The translations under genes and the position numbers were made by a program. This document shows, piece by piece, positions 1-8,997 of a DNA stretch of 64,000 nucleotides (position 1 is the first letter of the stretch; every line of letters begins with the position of its first letter). The DNA comes from an uncultured SAR86 cluster bacterium (GTDB lineage Bacteria > Pseudomonadota > Gammaproteobacteria > Magnimaribacterales > AG-339-G14), in contig CABZIF010000002.1 in assembly GCA_902525735.1 (NCBI GenBank), forward strand, positions 5,072 through 69,071, read 5' to 3'. The notes beneath the pieces are model-generated. The model did not search any database, was not told the origin of the DNA, and saw only the letters and a list, made by a program, of their open reading frames with translations.

Positions 1-297
1 TTAAAAGCTACTTTTCCTGCAGGAACTCTTTCCGGAGCTCCAAAAGTGAGAGCTATGGAGATAATTGACGAATTAGAGCCTGACCGAAGAGGAGTTTACG
101 GAGGCGCAATTGGTTATTTATCTTGGACAGGAAATATGGATTTAGCTATTGCTATAAGAACAGCAGTTATTCAAGCCCAAGAACTAAGTGTAAGAGCAGG
201 GGGCGGAGTAGTTTATGATTCAGATCCTGAAGCAGAATATCAAGAATCCTTGAATAAAGCTCAATCAATTATTAAAGCAATAGAGGAAATGAATTAA
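1..297 (+). CDS. trpE: anthranilate synthase component I, C-terminal fragment (5' end outside window)
   Basis: Frame 1 is open from base 1. The translation ...[24 protein letters not shown]...GGAIGYLSW...DLAIAIRT matches the conserved C-terminus of chorismate-binding TrpE enzymes. It is followed by trpG-trpD-trpC. Confidence 0.9.
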   Translation, partial: LKATFPAGTLSGAPKVRAMEIIDELEPDRRGVYGGAIGYLSWTGNMDLAIAIRTAVIQAQELSVRAGGGVVYDSDPEAEYQESLNKAQSIIKAIEEMN

Positions 298-863
298 TGC
301 TGTTGATGATAGATAATTACGATTCGTTTACTTATAACCTAGTTCAATACTTTGGCGAACTGGGACAGGAGGTTAAGGTTTTTAGAAATGATAAGATTAC
401 TGTTCAAGAAGCAGAGGCTTTAGAACCAGAATACCTGGTAATTTCTCCAGGACCTTGTTCTCCAAAAGAAGCTGGAGTTTCTATAGATTTAATAAATTTT
501 TTTAAAGATAAAATTCCGATTTTAGGAGTATGTCTTGGGCACCAAGCTATTGGAGAAGCCTTTGGAGGAAAGATTATAAAGGCTAATAAACCAATGCACG
601 GAAAAATTTCAATTATCGATCATGATTCAAATTTTTTATTTAAAAATGTTGATAATAATTTAGCTGTTACGAGATATCATTCTTTAATAATTGAATCAGA
701 ATCTTTGCCTGAAGATCTAATAGTCAATGCAAGGACCTCAAATGGAACGATTATGGGAATTCAACATGCTAATTTAAAAATTTCAGGAGTTCAGTTCCAT
801 CCAGAGTCAATAATGACTAATAAAGGAAAAAAAATTCTTTCAAATTTTCTTGATAGTAAATGA
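297..863 (+). CDS. trpG: anthranilate synthase component II (glutamine amidotransferase)
   Basis: 188 aa class-I GATase with the catalytic-Cys motif GVCLGHQ and QFHPES. The start overlaps the trpE stop (TAATG). Confidence 0.9.
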   Translation: MLLMIDNYDSFTYNLVQYFGELGQEVKVFRNDKITVQEAEALEPEYLVISPGPCSPKEAGVSIDLINFFKDKIPILGVCLGHQAIGEAFGGKIIKANKPMHGKISIIDHDSNFLFKNVDNNLAVTRYHSLIIESESLPEDLIVNARTSNGTIMGIQHANLKISGVQFHPESIMTNKGKKILSNFLDSK

Positions 864-1891
864 ATAGTTTAGAAATCGTAAACAAATCTTCTAAAAAAAA
901 TTTAACACAACAGGAGTCTGCAACTATTTTTCAAGAAATATTCTTGGGAAAAGTTTCCGAAAAAGAAATCGAAAATTTTTTATTGAACCTTTCCAAAAAA
1001 GGGGAGACATCGGACGAACTCACAGGAGCAGTTCAAGCAATGAGAAATTCATCATTAAAAGTAAAAGTTAATTTACGAGATCAATTAGTAGATTGCTGCG
1101 GAACAGGAGGTTTAGGAAAGAGTATGATGAATGTTTCCACAACTGCAGCTTTAATAGCAGCCGCTGCAAAAGTGAGAGTTGCCAAACATGGCAATAGGAC
1201 TGCAACCGGAAAAAGCGGAAGTGCAGATGTCTTGGAGGCTGCAAATGTAAATTTAAATCTAAACCCAAACCAAGTCGCAAGATGTATTGAAGAAATAGGA
1301 ATAGGATTTATGTTTGCTCAAAATTTTCATCCAGGAATGAAATTTGTCATGCCAGTTAGAAAACGAATTGCCGATAAGACTATATTTAATTTGCTAGGCC
1401 CTCTGACGAATCCTGCAGATGCAAAAAGACAATGTATTGGAGTTTATCATCCTCAGTGGATATTGCCTGTAGTAGAAACTTTAAAAAATCTTGGAACCAT
1501 AAAAGCGATGGTTTTTCATTCAAAAGATGGTCTTGATGAAATAAGTTCAATCGATAAAACATTGGTAGCAAAATTGGAAAATAATAAAATTTCAGAATAT
1601 GAAATTGATCCAAAATCTTTTGATATCCATCAGAGAGATTTAACTGATTTACAAATAAGTTCCCCACAAGAGAGTCTGCAACTCATAAAAGCAACCTTAC
1701 AAAATGAAGGCTTTAAATCTGGCGAAGATATAACAAGTTTAAATTCTGCTGCCGTAATTTATGTAGCTGACTCAGTTAGTAGCTTTGAAAAAGCATTTGA
1801 GATGGCAACTGATGTAATAAGGTCAGGATCGGCTTTAGATAAACTCAATGAATTGGCTATTTTTTCTAATAATTTAAATGAATCAGCTTAA
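860..1891 (+). CDS. trpD: anthranilate phosphoribosyltransferase
   Basis: 343 aa with [19 protein letters not shown] and KHGNR motifs typical of TrpD. It has a 4-nt overlap with trpG. Confidence 0.92.
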   Translation: MNSLEIVNKSSKKNLTQQESATIFQEIFLGKVSEKEIENFLLNLSKKGETSDELTGAVQAMRNSSLKVKVNLRDQLVDCCGTGGLGKSMMNVSTTAALIAAAAKVRVAKHGNRTATGKSGSADVLEAANVNLNLNPNQVARCIEEIGIGFMFAQNFHPGMKFVMPVRKRIADKTIFNLLGPLTNPADAKRQCIGVYHPQWILPVVETLKNLGTIKAMVFHSKDGLDEISSIDKTLVAKLENNKISEYEIDPKSFDIHQRDLTDLQISSPQESLQLIKATLQNEGFKSGEDITSLNSAAVIYVADSVSSFEKAFEMATDVIRSGSALDKLNELAIFSNNLNESA

Positions 1892-2663
1892 TAAAATAAT
1901 AGAAACTACTAAAGAAACCCTTAAAAAGTCTAGTTCTTATAGGCCTATTACATCATTAGAACAAGATTTTGAAAAATATCAGAAAAGAGGCTTTATTGAG
2001 GCAATTTTAAAAAAAATTTCTACAGAGGAAACAGCTATTATTGCTGAAATCAAGAAGGCATCGCCTAGTAAAGGCCTTATAAGAGAAGATTTTAAACCAA
2101 AAAAAATTGCAGAGGATTATGAAGCAAACGGCGCTTCCTGTTTAAGTGTTCTAACGGATGAACCATTCTTCCAAGGAAAATTGGAATACCTTGATATGGT
2201 AAGAAATACCTGTTCATTACCAATTTTAAGAAAAGATTTTATGATTGATCCATATCAAATATATGAAACAAAAGCTTCGGGCGGAGATTGTATACTTTTG
2301 ATAGTTGCTGCTCTTGATTCAGCGCAATTAAAAGACTTTTCTCAGTTAGCAAAAGAGCTCGACCTTGATGTTTTAATCGAAGTTCATTCTGATGAAGAAT
2401 TAAATAAAGCTTTAACTATCGACCCAAAATTAGTCGGCATAAATAATAGAGATTTAACGACGTTTGAAGTCGATAAAAATTTAGCTATAAAATTAGCTAA
2501 GGAAATCTCCAAAGATATAATTGTAGTTTCTGAAAGCGGTATAAGCTCTAAAGAAGATATTTTATCTTCAAAAGAGCATGGTATTCACACCTTTCTCATT
2601 GGTGAAAGCTTCATGAGAGAACCAAGTCCTGGAAAAGCACTTAAAGATATTCTTGCAAAATAA
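1878..2663 (+). CDS. trpC: indole-3-glycerol phosphate synthase
   Basis: 261 aa with IAEIKKASPSKG, LRKDF and INNRDL motifs. It overlaps the trpD 3' end. There is no fused TrpF domain. Confidence 0.92.
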   Translation: MNQLNKIIETTKETLKKSSSYRPITSLEQDFEKYQKRGFIEAILKKISTEETAIIAEIKKASPSKGLIREDFKPKKIAEDYEANGASCLSVLTDEPFFQGKLEYLDMVRNTCSLPILRKDFMIDPYQIYETKASGGDCILLIVAALDSAQLKDFSQLAKELDLDVLIEVHSDEELNKALTIDPKLVGINNRDLTTFEVDKNLAIKLAKEISKDIIVVSESGISSKEDILSSKEHGIHTFLIGESFMREPSPGKALKDILAK

Positions 2664-2697
2664 GTTAATAATTTTATTTAATAAAGATAAAAGAAAA

Positions 2698-3963
2698 CTA
2701 CTGATTCCTCTTCCCTATATCTCTTCTATAGAAAGCTCCATCCCAATTTATTTTAGAAGCAGTTTCATAGGCATTTTTAAAAGCATTATCTAAATTACTA
2801 CCTAATCCAGTAACGCAAAGAACTCGACCACCATTTGAAAGAGTCTTTTCTCCTTCTTTCTTAGTTCCGCAATGAAATACCTTAGTAGTTTCATTCTCTT
2901 CATTTAGCCCTGAAATTGAAAAACCAGTTTCATATTTTTCAGGATAGCCTTTAGAAGCCATAACAACACCCAAAGCAAATCTATCATCCCAAACAATCTC
3001 CACTCCCTTTAATTCTTGTTTTGCAGCTTTCAAGCACAAACTAAGAAAATCACTTTTCATTCTCATCAATATCGGCTGAGTTTCCGGATCTCCAAACCTG
3101 CAGTTATATTCCAAGACTTTTATTTTCTGCTCATTAATCATTAAGCCGGCATATAAAAAGCCTTTGTAGTCAATATCTCTTCGTTTCAATTCTGCCAAAG
3201 TTGGATGAATTATGTCTTTCATAATTTCTTCATTTAGTTCTTCAGTGATTAATGGAGCAGGGGAGTATGCTCCCATTCCACCTGTATTGGGGCCTTTGTC
3301 ACCATCATCTCTTTGTTTATGATCTTGAGAGCTTGCTAAAGAAATTACATTTTTACCATCACACAAAACTATAAAACTAGCTTCTTCGCCTCTTAAAAAC
3401 TCTTCAATAACAAGATTGTCTCCTGCAGTTCCAAGTTTTTGCTCTATCATTAAAGATTTCAGAGCTTCTAATGCTTCATCTCTAGAAAAAGCAACAATTA
3501 CACCTTTTCCGGCTGCTAGTCCATCTGCTTTGAGAACAATTGGGATGTCGCACGTTTCTAAAAATTCTCTAGCAGAATCAGGATCCGTAAATACTTCATA
3601 ATTTGCAGTAGGAATATTTCCTTTCTTTAAAACATCTTTCATGAAGATCTTGGAGCCTTCCATTTGAGCGGCAAGTTTATTAGGGCCCAAACAAAGTAAA
3701 TTATTTTTTTCAAACAGATCAATCAGGCCCAAAACCAAGGGAGCCTCAGGACCTACAATAGTAAGATCAACTTCTTTATTTTTTGCAAAATCCAATAGAC
3801 TCTCTAAATCTTCAGCATTTAAGCCAATGTTTTCCGTTTTCGGCTCATCAGCAGTTCCAGCATTTCCAGGAGCAACAAAAACCTTTTCGCATAAATCACT
3901 TTGAGCAAGTTTCCAAACAATTGCGTGCTCTCTTCCTCCAGAACCTATTACCAAAATTTTCAT
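2698..3963 (-). CDS. purD: phosphoribosylamine--glycine ligase
   Basis: 421 aa ATP-grasp enzyme: MKILVIGSGGREHA..., PGNAGTA, NCRFGDPE. It lies in the purH-purD order. Confidence 0.95.
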   Translation of the reverse strand: MKILVIGSGGREHAIVWKLAQSDLCEKVFVAPGNAGTADEPKTENIGLNAEDLESLLDFAKNKEVDLTIVGPEAPLVLGLIDLFEKNNLLCLGPNKLAAQMEGSKIFMKDVLKKGNIPTANYEVFTDPDSAREFLETCDIPIVLKADGLAAGKGVIVAFSRDEALEALKSLMIEQKLGTAGDNLVIEEFLRGEEASFIVLCDGKNVISLASSQDHKQRDDGDKGPNTGGMGAYSPAPLITEELNEEIMKDIIHPTLAELKRRDIDYKGFLYAGLMINEQKIKVLEYNCRFGDPETQPILMRMKSDFLSLCLKAAKQELKGVEIVWDDRFALGVVMASKGYPEKYETGFSISGLNEENETTKVFHCGTKKEGEKTLSNGGRVLCVTGLGSNLDNAFKNAYETASKINWDGAFYRRDIGKRNQ

Positions 3964-3964
3964 T

Positions 3965-5527
3965 CTAATGTCTGAAGTGACGCATGTTGGTGAAAAACAT
4001 GATCATATTTGCTTCATTAGCTGCTGTAATAACTTCCTTATCTCTTACTGACCCACCAGGTTGAATGACACATTGAATTCCATTTTTTGCGGCTTCATCA
4101 ATACTATCTCTAAATGGAAAGAATGCATCCGATGCCATTGTGGCTCCTTTAAGATTTAAACCTGCTTTTTTGGCTTTATTTACGGCAATTTCAGCGCTAT
4201 CGATTCTACTCATTTGACCCGCTCCGATGCCTAGAGTCATATTATTTTTCGCATAAACAATTGCATTAGATTTGACATACTTACCCACACGCCAAGCAAA
4301 TAAGGCATCATTAATTTGTTTGATTGTTGGTTTTTTCTTAGTTACTACTTTTAAATCTTTTTTTGAAACCACTCCATCGTCAACATTTTGAACCAGAATA
4401 CCCTGATTCATTGTTAAGGTTTTAAATCCAACTGGTTTTTTAAATAAATCTTTAATTAATAAAAGACGAACATTCTTTTTTGTAGAAATTATTTTTTTTG
4501 AAGAAGGATTAATGGCTGGCGCAGCTATGACTTCTACAAATTGATTGTCAATAATTTTTTTTGCAGTAAATTTATCCAAGGCTTTATTAAAAGCGATTAT
4601 GCCTCCAAATGCAGAAGTTTCATCGCAAGAAAAAGCTTTCTCATAGGCTTCCAGCAAAGTTTTTCCAGAAGCAACACCACAAGGATTTGCATGTTTAACA
4701 ATCACACATGATGGTTTCTCAAAATTAGAAACGCATTCAATTGCTGCATCGGTATCAGCAATATTATTGTATGAAAGCTCTTTTCCCTGAATCTGACGCG
4801 CAGATGTGATGCCTGCTCCCTCGGATCCAGAATTTATATAAAAATTTGCTTCTTGATGAGGGTTTTCTCCGTAGCGCAATACTTGTTTCAATTTATGGCT
4901 GCTAAAAATGCTTTCTGGTATCTCCTCATCAAAGGTTGATAAAAAGTTTACAATGGCAATATCATAATTGGCTACATGCTCAAAAGCTTTTAAAGATAAT
5001 TTCTTTCGAGTTTTATATGAACACTTACCATTTTCATTTTGCAAGTTAGTGATAAATGATTGATAAAGTTTTGGAGACGAAACTACCGCAACATGAAAAA
5101 AGTTTTTAGCAGCTGACCTCAACATTGTAGGCCCTCCGATATCAATGTTTTCTATTGCATCATTTAATTCAATATCAGGTTTTTTAATCGTTTCTTCGAA
5201 TGGGTATAGATTCACCACAACGAGATCAATTTCTTTGATATCGTATTTTTTTATCTCTTCTTTATCTTTTCTTCGTCGAGAAAGAATTCCACCATGAATT
5301 TGTGGAACCAAAGTTTTTACTCGACCACCCATCATTTCTGGTGAACCCGAAAATTTCTCTGCAGAAACTACAGGTATTTTATTTTTTCTTAATAATTTTT
5401 CAGTTCCTCCAGTCGATATAATTTCAATATTCAATTTATAAAGTTTTCTGGCAAAATCAACAATACCCTCTTTATCAGACACACTTATTAAAGCTCTTTT
5501 AATTTTAATAGATTTATTTTTGGACAT
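3965..5527 (-). CDS. purH: bifunctional AICAR transformylase / IMP cyclohydrolase
   Basis: 520 aa. N-terminal MGS-like domain (RALISVSDKEGI), C-terminal AICARFT domain, canonical C-terminus ...FTNMRHFRH. Confidence 0.95.
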   Translation of the reverse strand: MSKNKSIKIKRALISVSDKEGIVDFARKLYKLNIEIISTGGTEKLLRKNKIPVVSAEKFSGSPEMMGGRVKTLVPQIHGGILSRRRKDKEEIKKYDIKEIDLVVVNLYPFEETIKKPDIELNDAIENIDIGGPTMLRSAAKNFFHVAVVSSPKLYQSFITNLQNENGKCSYKTRKKLSLKAFEHVANYDIAIVNFLSTFDEEIPESIFSSHKLKQVLRYGENPHQEANFYINSGSEGAGITSARQIQGKELSYNNIADTDAAIECVSNFEKPSCVIVKHANPCGVASGKTLLEAYEKAFSCDETSAFGGIIAFNKALDKFTAKKIIDNQFVEVIAAPAINPSSKKIISTKKNVRLLLIKDLFKKPVGFKTLTMNQGILVQNVDDGVVSKKDLKVVTKKKPTIKQINDALFAWRVGKYVKSNAIVYAKNNMTLGIGAGQMSRIDSAEIAVNKAKKAGLNLKGATMASDAFFPFRDSIDEAAKNGIQCVIQPGGSVRDKEVITAANEANMIMFFTNMRHFRH

Positions 5528-5530
5528 TAA

Positions 5531-5776
5531 TTATTTGATTTTATGCTGTTTAAGTTTTTTTCTTAAAGTGCCTCTATTAATTCCAAGAACTTTACAAGCT
5601 TTAGATTTATTTCCATTGCAAAAATTCATAACTTCTTCAAGCATCGGTCCTTCAACTTCATTCATAACCATTTGGTAAACTTCAGATGCTTTACTTCCAT
5701 CAAGTTCTTTGAAATATCTTCTAAGGGATATTCCGACTTGATATCTCAACGTTCTTCTTTCCTGATTGCTAACCAT
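5531..5776 (-). CDS. fis: DNA-binding protein Fis
   Basis: 81 aa. The C-terminal HTH GNKSKACKVLGINRGTLRKKLKQHKI closely resembles the Fis HTH. It lies immediately upstream of purH, as in other Gammaproteobacteria. Confidence 0.85.
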   Translation of the reverse strand: MVSNQERRTLRYQVGISLRRYFKELDGSKASEVYQMVMNEVEGPMLEEVMNFCNGNKSKACKVLGINRGTLRKKLKQHKIK

Positions 5777-5780
5777 TTAT

Positions 5781-6338
5781 TCAATTTAACTCAGTTTGAA
5801 GTTCAGAACCTAAATTTATTAATTCTATTTCCCCTTTACTATTTTTCGATAGATTTGTTGCTGAACAATTGTCGGGGTAAAAACTAACTATCAAATCACT
5901 TTCTTTTAAGTAACTAACTATAATATTAATTACCATAAAATGTGAAAAAATGATTGTGGGTTTATCTAGATTTTTAAGCTCAGTTATTATCGAATCCTTC
6001 CATTTTTTTTGAGGCGTCTCTAAGTCTGAAATTTTCATTTTAAATATTTTTTGTAACCATTCTTTCCTTTCAGATAAATTGATTCCAGGTGATGGTATTT
6101 CAGCAAAAAGGGGATTTATAGAAACAGGAACATTTATTTTTTTTGAGAGTGGCTCAGAGGTTTCCTTAGCTCTAGTTAATGGACTTGAAATTAGACTGAA
6201 AGAGTTTATATTTTTTAATTTTAATAATTGATTTGAGCACTCCTCAGCTTGAGCTTTTCCTAAATCGCTTAACCCTGGATCCGCAGATTTTTCCCAAGAC
6301 GAAGCAGCCTCGCCATGTCTTATCAGAATAATTTTCAT
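5781..6338 (-). CDS. histidine phosphatase family protein (SixA/phosphoglycerate-mutase-like)
   Basis: 185 aa with the N-terminal LIRHGEA catalytic motif of the histidine phosphatase superfamily. It ends 4 nt before the fis start. Confidence 0.7.
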   Translation of the reverse strand: MKIILIRHGEAASSWEKSADPGLSDLGKAQAEECSNQLLKLKNINSFSLISSPLTRAKETSEPLSKKINVPVSINPLFAEIPSPGINLSERKEWLQKIFKMKISDLETPQKKWKDSIITELKNLDKPTIIFSHFMVINIIVSYLKESDLIVSFYPDNCSATNLSKNSKGEIELINLGSELQTELN

Positions 6339-6381
6339 TTAGAATATAAATTTTTTTTTTAAATAATGTACGATTTATGTA

Positions 6382-7092
6382 ATGAGAATACCACGAATTT
6401 TTTATCCTTTTAAAGCAGAAGAAAAAGACTCAATTATTTTAAATATTATTGCCTCTCATCATTTAAAAGTAATAAATATAAAAGAAGGGCAAGATGTTGA
6501 ATTGTTTAATGGTAATGGATATTTTTTTAATGCAAAAGTCATAGAACAAAATAAGAAAAACATTACTTTAAAGAGAACTTCAGATATAAATTTTCAAAAA
6601 AAACAAATTCCATCAATTAATATTGCGGTTGCAGAGATTAGATCATTTGACAAAGTTATAAGAGAAGTTTGCCAATCAGGAATTGATTCAATAAGCAGCG
6701 TGAAAACAAAAAAAACTAAATTTTCAAAGTTATCTAGTGAAAAAAAAATTATGAGATGGCAGTCGATAGCTTTTAATTCCTGTGAACAATCTGGCCTGAA
6801 TTGGGTTCCAAAAATTTATTCTAGTTCCTTGCAGGAATGGATATCTTCATCGAAATCAAAATCTAAAATTTTTTTAGATCCTAAAGCTAGAAATAATATT
6901 CAAGAATTAGAGCTATTATCATCTGTAGATATTGTAGTTGGCCCTGAAGGAGGCTTTTTAGAAGAAGAAAAAAATTTTTTTAAAAAAAATAATTTCATAG
7001 GTATTTCATGTGGTAATTTAACTTTCAGAACTGAAACTATGCCTATTGTAGCTTTGTCTATGATTAAGGCGCTTTATGGAGTTAAGAAATGA
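6382..7092 (+). CDS. rsmE: 16S rRNA (uracil1498-N3)-methyltransferase
   Basis: 236 aa. MRIPRIF... N-terminus with PUA-like domain, C-terminal SPOUT region (VGPEGGF..EE). The rsmE-gshB order is conserved. Confidence 0.8.
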   Translation: MRIPRIFYPFKAEEKDSIILNIIASHHLKVINIKEGQDVELFNGNGYFFNAKVIEQNKKNITLKRTSDINFQKKQIPSINIAVAEIRSFDKVIREVCQSGIDSISSVKTKKTKFSKLSSEKKIMRWQSIAFNSCEQSGLNWVPKIYSSSLQEWISSSKSKSKIFLDPKARNNIQELELLSSVDIVVGPEGGFLEEEKNFFKKNNFIGISCGNLTFRTETMPIVALSMIKALYGVKK

Positions 7093-8021
7093 AAATAGCT
7101 GTTGTAATGGACCCTATTTCAAAAATTGATTTCAAAAAAGATTCAACTCTTCTTTTAATTTACGAGGCTCAAAAAAGAAATCATGATGTTTTCTACATAG
7201 AATCAAATAACTTGTTTTTTGATGGGAATGATGCCTGTGCCCTAAGTTCTAAGATTAAAGTGAAAATGGATCGAGAAAACTGGTTTTCTCTGGATGATAA
7301 AAATAAAATATTTTTGAAAGATTTAGATGTTGTTTTTATGCGACAAGATCCTCCTTTTAATATGGGCTATATTAATAATACATATGTTTTAGATTCGGCA
7401 GAAAAAGATGGAGTAAGGATTTATAACAAGCCATCTGCATTAAGAAATTTCAATGAAAAAATTTCTATTTTAGAATATTCAAAATTTTGTACAGAAACTA
7501 TTATTGCTTCTAATAAAAAATTGATTTTGAATTTCATTGAGCAACATAAAGATGTTGTTTCTAAGCCATTAAATTTAATGGGCGGTCAAGGAATAGAAAA
7601 ACTTAATTTAAATCAAAAAAACTTAATTGATAAATTAAAAAAAAGCACGAAAAACTTTAAAGAAAAGATAATGGTTCAAAAATTTATTGAAAGAGTATAC
7701 GAAGGTGACAAAAGAATTCTGATTATCAATGGAAAGCCCTCTGAATATGCGGTGGTGAGAACACCGGCAAGGGGTGAATTTAAAGGTAATCTTGCAGCTG
7801 GAGGAATAGCATCAATTGAAAAATTAAACAAAATTGAACAAAATATTGCATCTGAGATAGCCCCTAGACTGAAAGAAAGAGGAATTCTTATAGCTGGCTT
7901 GGATGTAGTTGGAGATTTTTTAACAGAAATAAATATAACTTGTCCAACTTGCTTTAGAGAGCTTTTAGATCAAAAAGGCATTAATTTAATGAAAGAAGTC
8001 TTTGATTTTGTTGAATCCTAA
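7089..8021 (+). CDS. gshB: glutathione synthetase
   Basis: 310 aa ATP-grasp enzyme: MRQDPPF, GDKRILIINGKP, NLAAGG, LTEINITCPT. It has a 4-nt overlap with rsmE. Confidence 0.9.
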   Translation: MKIAVVMDPISKIDFKKDSTLLLIYEAQKRNHDVFYIESNNLFFDGNDACALSSKIKVKMDRENWFSLDDKNKIFLKDLDVVFMRQDPPFNMGYINNTYVLDSAEKDGVRIYNKPSALRNFNEKISILEYSKFCTETIIASNKKLILNFIEQHKDVVSKPLNLMGGQGIEKLNLNQKNLIDKLKKSTKNFKEKIMVQKFIERVYEGDKRILIINGKPSEYAVVRTPARGEFKGNLAAGGIASIEKLNKIEQNIASEIAPRLKERGILIAGLDVVGDFLTEINITCPTCFRELLDQKGINLMKEVFDFVES

Positions 8022-8027
8022 AATCTG

Positions 8028-8588
8028 ATGTTCATTAGATTTAATTTTTTTCTTACGGTTTCTTTTGGCCTACATATTTTATTGATTTTTTTTCTTTCAT
8101 TCACAGAAACTGAAAATACTTTTTCTAAAAATTTTGTTACTAGCGTTAATTTAGAATTTTCTAATTATCAAAGATTTGATAGGCCTTCTAATTTTGATCA
8201 ATATAAAAAAACGGATGAGAATCTTGGTTCAAAAAAAGAGATTTTTTCAAAAAAACTAAATACAAAAGAAAAGAAAAATCTCGCTGCAAATAGATATGTA
8301 AGTGCTTGGCAGAGAAAAATAGAAACTATCGGAAACTTAAACTACCCAGATTTTGTAGACTCATCTATTCCTCTAAAATTAACTCTTTCAGTTACTCTAG
8401 GCAAAGATGGAGACCTTTTAGATTATGCTCTTATAAAAGCGTCAGGAAATCAAAAATTGGATCAGGCGGCAATGGAAATAATTGAAATGGCTTCGCCTTT
8501 TAACGAATTTCCAGAAGAAATGGCTGATTTTGCTGAAATTACGATAATCAGAGATTGGAAGTTTGGAAATCAAGAAATTATAAAATGA
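8028..8588 (+). CDS. TonB-family C-terminal domain protein (short energy transducer)
   Basis: 186 aa with one N-terminal TM helix and a C-terminal TonB_C-like region (...LKLTLSVTLGKDGDLLDYALIKASGNQKLDQAAMEIIEMASPF...). Its position between gshB and ruvX matches Pseudomonas tonB3. Confidence 0.65.
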   Translation: MFIRFNFFLTVSFGLHILLIFFLSFTETENTFSKNFVTSVNLEFSNYQRFDRPSNFDQYKKTDENLGSKKEIFSKKLNTKEKKNLAANRYVSAWQRKIETIGNLNYPDFVDSSIPLKLTLSVTLGKDGDLLDYALIKASGNQKLDQAAMEIIEMASPFNEFPEEMADFAEITIIRDWKFGNQEIIK

Positions 8589-8995
8589 ATATTTTAGGAA
8601 TTGATTATGGGTTAAAAAATGTTGGATTCGCAATAGGAGAACAAATAACAAATTCTTGTTCTACTTATTTTTCTATGAAATTTAGAAATAGAAAAGAATT
8701 AATTGAAAAGATAAAAAATTTGATTACCGAATGGGACATTAATACCATTGTTATAGGATTGCCTTTGAACATGGATAATAGTGAAAGTGAAATGTCTTTG
8801 GAAATAAGAAATTTTTCTAGAAAGCTCGAAAAAGATATAAATATCAAGATAAATTTTGTGGATGAAAAACTTACTACTTTTGAAGCTAAGCAAATCATGA
8901 AAGATTTAAATAAAAATAAAAAAGAAATAAAAAGAAATAATCATGGGCTGGCTGCTAAACTGATTGTAGATTCTTTTCTAAGGGAAAAAAAATAA
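8585..8995 (+). CDS. ruvX: Holliday junction resolvase-like pre-16S rRNA nuclease RuvX/YqgF
   Basis: MNILGIDYGLKNVGFAIG... is the YqgF N-terminus. I chose the ATG at 8585 (ATGA overlap with the upstream stop) rather than the ORF-track start at 8555. Confidence 0.85.
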   Translation: MNILGIDYGLKNVGFAIGEQITNSCSTYFSMKFRNRKELIEKIKNLITEWDINTIVIGLPLNMDNSESEMSLEIRNFSRKLEKDINIKINFVDEKLTTFEAKQIMKDLNKNKKEIKRNNHGLAAKLIVDSFLREKK

Positions 8996-8997
8996 TT

